From positions 57,350,001 through 57,414,000 of the forward strand of contig NC_043001.1 in assembly GCF_006345805.1 (NCBI RefSeq): DNA of 64,000 nucleotides, given 5' to 3'. The notes beneath the pieces were generated by a model. The model was not told the origin of the DNA and did not search any database. It worked only from the letters and a program-made list of their open reading frames with translations. The DNA comes from Octopus sinensis. Lineage: Eukaryota. The position numbers and the translations under genes were made by a program. Positions 54,850-64,000 of the stretch are shown piece after piece. The stretch's first letter is position 1. Every line of letters begins with the position of its first letter.

Positions 54850-56190
54850 ACAATGAAGAGATATACGCATACAACAATGCAACACTCTCAGAACAAAGGA
54901 ATGAACTCATACAGTAAATGTCCAATAATAAGAAGAATCATTAAATATATAAAGACCCGATACCTAACAGAAGAACACAATGCACACTACCATACACAAC
55001 ACAATATACAAACGTTTATACAGAAGCCGCAAACCAAACTCCACCACAAAATATACTGATGCAATACAATACTTTACAAACGACAAATAAAATCAACGCT
55101 ACACATACCTCGGAAACATGAAGGTCTAGCAAGTGATATAATAGAAACTTACTTGAAACTATCATATGTCGAATAATAATAGTAGTAAGAACGATGGTCA
55201 CGAAAATGGTTCCCCTCAGTTTATGAGAGACAGTAATTTACCCAGAAACTCTGGTGGTAATAGCGAAAATGAGGTTGGACCTTTAAGGCAATGCCTCTCT
55301 CTCGCTCAGCGGTGGTTCAATAATAAAGCAACTGACCAGAGGTCTAATGCTAAGACAACATCAGCAGATAATAAAGTAAGAAGGAAGTGAACCAGCGAAG
55401 AGAATAGGGTAGTGCTATTTTGAAACTGAACCTAAAAGAAGGGGTTATGGAAAACAGATTTTAACACTTTGGGTATGGAAGTGTAAGTTAAAAGTAAGTG
55501 AGCTGAGGCTAGTAGATCAAGCTAATGTTATTAGGAGAAGAAAGTGGATGACATGATTCGAGGTGGGAGAAATCACAAGACAACTAGAAAAGAAAGACCA
55601 AGCAGATGAAAAGTCAATGAACAACATATGTAATATAGTTCAAGCTACAGAAGAACCTAAAGGGGAGAATAAAAATCGCACTAACGATCAGGAATGAACA
55701 ACTGGCACCAATCGAATTAAGCACCTTAGGCAACATAAGTGAGGAAGAACAAATTTAAGATGAGTTGCAGGAAGCAATGATTAAAGAAGAAACAAGATAA
55801 CCAGCATTAAAAGAGGCACATAGAAGGAAGTTGCTAAAAATGACAAGGAATGTAGATTCTGTTGTCAATAGGATTTATAATAAAGTTTAGGTGACACTGA
55901 CTTGTTGATCTATTCAGGGGTGGGTAGATAGTAGTTACTGGAAGATTATGTATTCCCCAAGGAAATATTAGAAAAGGGTAAACGTGGAAAAATAGAAAAG
56001 AGCATAAAGTGAAAGCTTTAGTTGAGTAGAATGGAAATATGAAAATTGAACAAATTAGGTAATATAATATTTAAATCTTCTCTTGATAAAAAAATTACTT
56101 AGTGGAGGGAAAAAGATATGGAATAGTCATGGAAGAGCTGAAACAGCGTACCATAGCAATAGCAGGTAAGCATTCCAGAAGTGAGAAAAT
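54850..56190 (+). mobile_element. Decayed 5' portion of an R4-type element
   Basis: Homologous to rc of 12050-13300; YGIVMEELKQRTIAIAGK. Confidence 0.6.
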
Positions 56191-56209
56191 AATAGGTACA
56201 GTATCCTGT

Positions 56210-56540
56210 AGTCAGAATGGAGGCATAACGTCGCCATCACTAGGGATCACTCCAAACACCATGATATTGACTGGATGTTTTATTTTGTCATTCTCAGTAC
56301 ATGTCCTCAGTTTGCACTGTCCTCTGAAATATTTGCACTGGAGCTACCGACGCGAATGCCAAGCAGTACATCATGTCGTTTCCAAATTTCTATCAGAGTG
56401 AATTGCGTCATGGTACTTTTTTTCAAACAGATGGTGCCGAAGTGAGACTACTATACTGTGTAGTCGAAAAAATCTGAAACGAAACAATGCGCATGCAGCA
56501 AATTGAAATAAAAATGGCGACCATTTAGCCATCGCAAACT
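56210..56540 (-). mobile_element. Internally deleted Tc1/mariner-superfamily fragment (maT/DD37D-like)
   Basis: Minus strand HPVNIMVFGVIPSDGDVMPPF; abuts (TA)n. Confidence 0.55.
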
Positions 56541-56561
56541 ATATATATATATATTCAATAT

Positions 56562-56692
<131 letters not shown>

Positions 56693-56723
56693 ATTTATTT
56701 ATTTATTTATATACATATACATA

Positions 56724-58340
56724 CAGTGTCTGACATAAGCATGCGCACCCCTAAACAATTTCAGTAGAATTGCCATTACTTTGAAAATATTGAAAGAAAT
56801 CAAATGAAATTTATACTGAATAAAATATATTATACATGCAAACATACAAATTTGGAACACAAAACAATAAATATTTTCAAAGATATGAACGAAATATAAG
56901 TTTCAAACGATACAAAAATATGTACACCCTGAAAGATTATTTGCTATATCCAATATTTGGTGTGACCACCCTTGCTTTCAATCACTGCATGAAGTCTTCT
57001 GTGCGTAGAATCAACTAAATTTCCGCATATAACATATGAAGTCCACCTCCATTTATCCTTCAACTGTGTTACATTACGGGATTTCCCCACCATCACCTTC
57101 CTTTTTAAAACACCCTACGGTTGTTCTATTTGGTTTAAATCAGGTGACCTCGTAGGCCAAGGTAATACCTTTGACTTTTTATCTGAAAAACACTTAGCCG
57201 TCATCTTTGAAGTGTGTTTAGTGTCATTATCATGTTGGAACATGGAATTTCATCTTAGTTCCTTGATGCCTTTCAACATTGTTTTCTGCAACATTTCAGA
57301 ATAAAACCTTGGATCCATTGTTCTCTCAATCAATGTGAATACTCCCACACCAGTTGCATTCGTGCATCTCCACAGCATAACATTTCCGTCTCCATGTTTC
57401 ACTGTAGGCACTTGTCACTGTAGGCATTTGTCGCTATTATCTTCACTTGGTCGTTGTTTAATACCATCTGACCCAAACAAGTTCATTTTAGTCTTGCCAG
57501 AAAAATGAATTATATTCTAAATTCCTTCCCCATACTCCCGTAAGTTTCGGCAAAAGAGAGACGACTTGATTAATGCCTGGTAGTGAGGAGAGGCTTCCTA
57601 CGAGGAATACATCCAGGAAGACCAGACTTGTGCAAACTGTTTGAACGGATATACAACGACTCTATGGACAGATACACTCTTTCCAGTAACATAAGACATT
57701 TCGTATCCCAAAGATGAATCGGTACGACGTCTGTGGTCCTTCACGCAACGTTGGACGTGGCGAATATCACACGCAGTTAAAATGGAAGAACGATCTGGAC
57801 GGTGTTTATTGCTTAGCTGTCCAGTAGCTTTGTACTTCTAAATTACTTTGGCAACTGTGTTTACGCAATTGTAATAATTTGCTAATTACTTGTACCCTAA
57901 ACCATTCTTGTGCAAATTAAAAATAATTTTCTTCAAATCTCAGACAATTCTTTTCCTTTTGGTGCCATTTTAATCAGAATGAAAGATTTTCCCCATGGTA
58001 CAGAAATCATAATTCCTGCAGATGCAATAACAATGACCGGTGCAAAACCGCCAGGAGAAATAATTCATTAGAATTGAAATTATCAGCAATATCTGAATTT
58101 AGTAAAAAATTTCGATAAAATATTGAATATAGCAAATTTACTCTAGGGTGTTCATATTTTTGTGATATTACAAAATGACTATTTCGTTCATGTATTTGAA
58201 AATGTTTAGTTTTGTGTTTCAATTTGTATAATGTTCGCATGTATATGTTATTTAGTATAAACTTCGTTTCATTTCCTTCGATATTATCAGAGTAATGGCA
58301 ATTTTACTAAAACCTTTTAGCAGTATATACTTCTGTAAGA
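56724..58340 (-). mobile_element. Full-length but decayed Tc1 (DD34E) transposon with long (~210-bp) TIRs
   Basis: TA-CAGTG terminus; 56740-56935 is inverted at 58140-58320. Pseudo-ORF 57968 to ~56945: [19 protein letters not shown]...[12 protein letters not shown] (34 aa between D and E), KGGHTKY. Confidence 0.9.
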
Positions 58341-58549
58341 TAATATATATATATATATATAAATAAGATAATGTATATATATATATATATATAATGTATA
58401 TATATATATATAAATTATCTTACAGAAGTATATACTGCTAAAAAGTATATATATATATACAGATCAATCCATCCATCTATACGTGCATGCGTGTGTATGT
58501 GCGTGTCCGTGTGTGTGTACGTGTGTCTTTGTGTTTGTGTTTGTGTTTG

Positions 58550-58725
58550 ATCTTACCACCTCTTATTAAATTGTGTTGGTTTATTTACATTCTCATAACT
58601 TAGCGGTTACACAAAATAGAGACGATAGAATAAATATCAGGCCTAAATAAATAAATAAATAAATAGTGGGGTCGATTTATTCGATTAAACTTCTTCAAGC
58701 CGGTGCTTCAGCATGACTGAAGTCT
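58550..58725 (+). mobile_element. SINE family 2, body/3' part
   Basis: taacttagcggtt...gatagaataa...ggggtcgattt...ggtgcttcagcatg. Confidence 0.6.
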
Positions 58726-58734
58726 AGTGCACGA

Positions 58735-58766
<32 letters not shown>

Positions 58767-59244
58767 TATATATATATAATATATATATATATATATAAAC
58801 AAGCAGTAATGCATATTCATATATGTGTGCGTGAGTTTGAGAGTGCGTATACATATGTATGTAGGTTATATGCTGAGTACGCATTACTAAACCCAATGTA
58901 TTCATCTTTCGCAATAGGAAGCTTTTAAAAAAATAAACTCTGAGGATATATATTGAGTCTCAGGTAACTAACTCGATGTAAATTACTTCTAGAACTTATA
59001 TTATCTTAGAGCAAAATATATATTAGGTGTTTATTTTCCTATACCTTTTTGCAAGAGTCCTGTATTCAAAACGTTTTTACCCCCCCACCCCGGATTTTAT
59101 ATTATCTGGCACTATTTTTCTAGCTGACGGGAGAGCAAATATTTGTTTGAAATTCACGAAATTGATGAAATTTACGTAATATTAGAAAATCAGTAGCAAT
59201 GTTGATCTGTCTGTCAGTCTGTCTGTATCTATCTTTCTCCCTGT

Positions 59245-59297
<53 letters not shown>

Positions 59298-59319
59298 CAT
59301 TAGTACATAGATACATACA

Positions 59320-60928
59320 TCTCTCTATATATAAAACTGAGAATGTGTGTGTGTGTGTGTCTGTCTGTCTGTCTGTGTGTTTTCCTAAAACTTGAGAACT
59401 ACACAAACAATTTCTTTCAAATTATACACATGTCTTACTTAGAGTCCATCTAGTTTCATGGGTAAAAAACAAGTTCAACTTTTTGCCTAGGGCGAGCCCA
59501 TAGCAATATCATATCTTCTCCACTATTTCAGTATTACGTGTTAAAAGTGAAACAAAAATATTTCTCTATTCTATGTCAGATATTTTCACTTTAACAATAA
59601 AAATTAGAGATAATAATAACAATTAAATTATATATAGTAAGTAATAATTAAAATCAAACTAAAGTATAGTATAATAATTAATTCGTAACATAACAAAAGT
59701 AAAAATAGCAATTGGTATAAAATTGCATCAATGACTTGAATTTCAATAAGTGGTTTCACAAGAATGGGAATAAATCAAAAATAAAATTAGTGTGCAAAAA
59801 TGGAATAGTCCAGATGGAGGTCTGCACGTACCTTTTACCACGGCTTTTCCATTAGATTATCTGCTAATTAGCTAGCATTAAGTATATATATGAAGTTTGG
59901 CTGTATGTAGTGTCTGTTTTCTCGAACCGCCGTTTTTACTGAGTACTGCTGTTGGTTTATTTCTTATACATAAAGGACTATAGCTTCAACTGCGTACTGC
60001 TTTTTGATTCACCGTAAGGTTTGCTGTTATTATTATTACTGTTTAACTATTGTTATCACGTTTGTTGGTTACTCGAAAGGGAAACGTTGTTGTGTTGCAT
60101 TTGTTAAATAATTGTAAACCGTAGCCCCCCCCCCCCTTTGGGTGAAGGAGCTTTGCTTATTGTTTAAAAATTGAATTGTGTCCCTGTCAGGGGGAAATAG
60201 ACAATATTTTCACCGTTTATACGGAAGCATTTTTGTTAAAATGCCTTCGATAGAAGGAAGTCAAAAAATGAATTTCGATGCAGCCGTCGGCGGGTGCGAA
60301 CTCATTAAAATTAAAATGGAAGAAATACAAACCTATTTCGGATTGATCACCAACAAAGACGGTGAATCTAGTATAACACCACCAAACGGAATAAAATATT
60401 AAATTAAAGAAAAGACTATTGTCTATAAAGTATACAATGTAGAGAAAAAAAGATTTGAACACCTGGAGGAAAGCCCCATCGAAAAGTGTCTTGGTGCGAC
60501 TATGAAAGATATCAAGTATCTAACCAGAGGCAGTAAATTCGCCACAATAGAAATAAGGTTCGAGTCGACTCGAACCTTGCAAAGTGGAAATATTTTATTT
60601 TTACCTTTATATCTGTGACGTAGGACGTCCCGGATAAAAAATTTAAATGTCCCCCCAGAAGTAGAGGTAGGCTGGATTGTAGCCACACTTCTATACAAGA
60701 GGGAGGACAAGATACAATTGATCGAAATTGCAAGAGACGGGCCTATAATTCCGTCTGTTATATATTTTGAATATTGTTATCACTAGCGATATCAAGATAT
60801 AACTTAGTATATTGTATTTTATGTGTAGATGTATATATATAGATGTACATGTAATATGTACACATATATATATACACATATATACATGCACAAGCACTAT
60901 GACCCGGCAACGACGGGTTATAATGCTA

Positions 60929-60929
<1 letters not shown>
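59320..60929 (+). mobile_element. Non-autonomous Helitron-like element containing a LINE ORF1-like fragment
   Basis: A|TC 5' end (tctctctatatataaaac); 3' hairpin gacccg-gcaacga-cgggtt then CTAG|T at 60926-60929. Confidence 0.6.
60180..60750 (+). pseudogene. Decayed putative L1/Tx1-like ORF1 fragment
   Basis: KEKTIVYKVYNVEKKRFEHLEE...LTRGSKFATIEIRF...LPLYL*RRTSRIKNLNVPPEVEVGWIVATLL; homolog at 4030-4970. Confidence 0.45.
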
Positions 60930-60963
<34 letters not shown>

Positions 60964-61005
60964 TATATATATATACATACATACATATCTACATACATAC
61001 ATACA

Positions 61006-61038
<33 letters not shown>

Positions 61039-62369
61039 GCGTGTGTGTGTGGGTGTGTCTTAGATATTAGATATACGATTTATGACTTTATCGTATATGT
61101 TTCCCACTAGCGACCAATGCGTAAGTTTCCATCTTTCTTCGATCATAATAATGACTCTGTGTTTGTTATTTTCTAACATATAAAAGAACGAACGGACGGC
61201 TATAAAGACGCAGTTGGAAACACTCTTCTTTGAGAACGCTCTTCGTATTCTATTTCAGGCAAACAAAACTCTTGAATGGTAGCAATAAATATATGTAATA
61301 CATATTCTGAACAACTGAATATTCGAAGCAGTCGCTGCTGTACGAAATCCATAACTGCTTTGTTTCACTGCTGCATGATTTCAAGTTGGTATTGATTGGG
61401 AAAGGATTAGCATGTTCAGTTCCTCAAAGTATAAATCTTAGAGACAAAATCTTCAGAGGTGCCTCGACTATTCAATATGTTAATAAAACTCCCCACCAGA
61501 AATCTAGCAAATTATATGTAAAATAACAATAAAATTCTAAATTAACACCAGAAAACAAAACCGATATAAACACCATTGACAACAAAAAAATGCTACAATA
61601 AGAAATTAGATATTAAAGGAATAATCCTAACTAAAATTAACTTTACTGAATGTAGGCTGGAGTAAATTGGGTTCATATGTTTGACTACTCCTACACAAAT
61701 TGCATGAACATAATAACATCATCTATGGCGTTTACAACTCTCTGTGTTGAGGAACACACAGCATGAGTAAATTCTCGAGTGATATGAGTTACATAGTGAC
61801 ATTGCCATGGATTTAGACACGGTGATTTATGTAAATATAAGTAGATAAAATTTATCTTAATCCCATTCGAAGTTTTTTTTTAGTTCTCTTTATTTTGCTT
61901 AGCATAATGCAAGGTTTTAACTCCTTCCTTGCATACTTTTCAAATTGCATTCGACTGCGAAACTTTCTTGTGATATTGAGAGGTGAAATATAACTACATT
62001 ATCTGATGGAGTGAAAAGGCCAGGATTGAGATGGTTTTTGGTAGAAGATAACATTTTCCTTTATCTTCTACATTGAACAATTTTAATACATATTCTTGTC
62101 AACATATTAAATCAGCAGATTAAACAAAAATACTCAAGTTAAGCAGCAAATTTCTTAGTATTCTATTATGCATGGGATATAGGTTAGCTCATCTTTTATT
62201 CTTTATATGAGCATAAATCATCAACCGTCTGTTGCGATTTTGCTCATCATTTCAAGTTATCGATGCAAACCAGAAATGCTCGATAGCCTCAAACTATTAA
62301 TATACATATACACGCTCCGCAAAATAGACCCCACTTATGCACACTAACAGGGTGCCTCACATACACAGA

Positions 62370-62446
<77 letters not shown>

Positions 62447-63071
62447 TACTTATACATATTTCCACACATATATATGTATATATATATATGCACACACATA
62501 ACTACATATATAGAAATAGACGCAAGTACATATATGTATACATTGGTGAGTGTATCTGTTAATGTAAAGCGTGGATGTAACCTTGTATATACATTCGTAT
62601 GTGTGTGCATATACATATGTGTGTTTGTGTGTGTTTATATGCGTGTATATTTGTATGTATGTCTACCTGGTCATGTATTCACGTTAGTGTTTACTTAATG
62701 TAATCTTTCACGGAAGCAAGCTTTCAGAAATAATCTGGTGTTTCTGTATGTTAAAATACACAACCATAGTTGGCCATCCATTGATTTTAGAATCACGGCA
62801 TTTTATACTGGTGTTCCTCCTTTATTCACTCTTAAATTCTCTCTTTCATAAGTATATCACGTTGGTTTTATTTTTTTGTAAGGAATGTTCGAATTACGTT
62901 AAGCACAATGCATTTTATGTTATCGAATAGTGTTAAGTTTACTTTCAATTGATTTTAAGCTATGATATAAGCAAGAGAACTCCTTTGGTTAGCAGAATCA
63001 CTAACATATCGAAAAAACACACTTACAATCTTTACGTATAGCTCTTTAAATATTCTTTTCTACTCTAGTCA

Positions 63072-63125
<54 letters not shown>

Positions 63126-63139
63126 CATTCAAAATAATT

Positions 63140-63348
63140 TTCTACTCTAGCTACAAGCCCCTAAATTTTGGGTGAAGGGTCATTTGATTAGATAGACCCA
63201 GGTACACAACTCGTACTTAATTTATCAACCTCGAAAGGATGAGAGGCAAAGTAACCTCGGTAGAATTTTTAATTCAGAACGTAAAATAGACGAAATACTG
63301 CTAAGCATTTCGCCCGGCGTGCTAACATTTCTGTCCTTTCACCACCTT
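63140..63348 (-). mobile_element. tRNA-derived SINE, family 1
   Basis: ctaagcatttcgcccggcgtgctaac; inverted relative to the copy at 63651. Confidence 0.8.
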
Positions 63349-63650
63349 ATAGGTTTTTAAATATTGAGTTTAAATCCACCAGAGGTTGACTTTGTCTTAC
63401 AATATGTTACGAAACAAAATATTGGAGAACGAGTAAACTTACTATATGCTCCTTTGATAATTGAAATTTCTTTTAATTTGAAACTGAAAATTATATTACA
63501 TCTGCTTATGTACTGTGATCGCACCATCTCAACATCCATTTAACTCTCGACTTCACATCATCAGTTAAAATTAAACTCATTTAGGACTGCCCCGTTCCGA
63601 ATTTAGTGGACTTCTTAATGTGTCAGTACTCAATATATTAGGAGATATGA

Positions 63651-64000
63651 AGGCGGCGAGCTGGCAGCAACGTTAGCACGGCGGGCGAAATGCTTAGCGG
63701 TATTTCGTCTGCCGCTACGTTCTGAGTTTAAATTCCCCCGAGGTCGACTTTGCCTTTCACCCTTTCGGGGTCGATTAAATAAGTAGCAGTTACGCACTGG
63801 AGTCGCTATAATCGACTTAATCCGTTTGTTTCTCCTTGTTTGTCCTCTTTGTGTTTAGCCCCTTGTGGGTAGTAAAGAAATAGGTATTTCCTCTGCTGTT
63901 ACGTTCTGAGTTCAAATTATGTCGGGTTCGACTTTGCCGTTCCTCCTTTCAGGGTCAATTAAAGAAGTACAAGTTGAGCACTGGGGTCGGTGTAGTAGAC
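63651..64000 (+). mobile_element. tRNA-derived SINE, family 1, followed by a partial tandem second copy
   Basis: ggcggcgagctggcag...ttctgagtt.aaatt...gtcgactttgcctttca; body repeated from ~63882. Confidence 0.88.

Noticed and set aside
61100-61230. CCAAT and TATA-like boxes
   Set aside because: Expected by chance in AT-rich DNA; no downstream gene visible

Overview
AT-rich eukaryotic repeat-dense DNA. Its SINEs resemble Octopus/coleoid families from recall only, so the organism call is an inference. No host protein-coding gene is recognisable, and almost all ORF-track entries are microsatellite artefacts or decayed transposon frames. The window holds many 5'-truncated R4/Dong-type RLE non-LTR retrotransposons sitting in (TAA)n tracts, several Tc1/mariner remnants, non-autonomous Helitrons, tRNA-derived SINEs and microsatellites. 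The standout is a family of non-coding, (TA)n-targeted elements carrying type I hammerhead ribozymes. A ~490-bp monomer forms a ~15-copy array (36442-43965) whose two arms face each other. Shorter relatives lie at 27083-27578, 27731-28790 and 23626-24029, and a sister family at 34660-35485. The hammerhead shows compensatory changes in all three stems between variants and has an unusual ~58-nt hairpin extension of stem II. All four related insertions use the same two fixed termini pointing inwards. This fits a retrozyme / non-autonomous Penelope-like system copied from a circular or multimeric RNA by two-sided priming.
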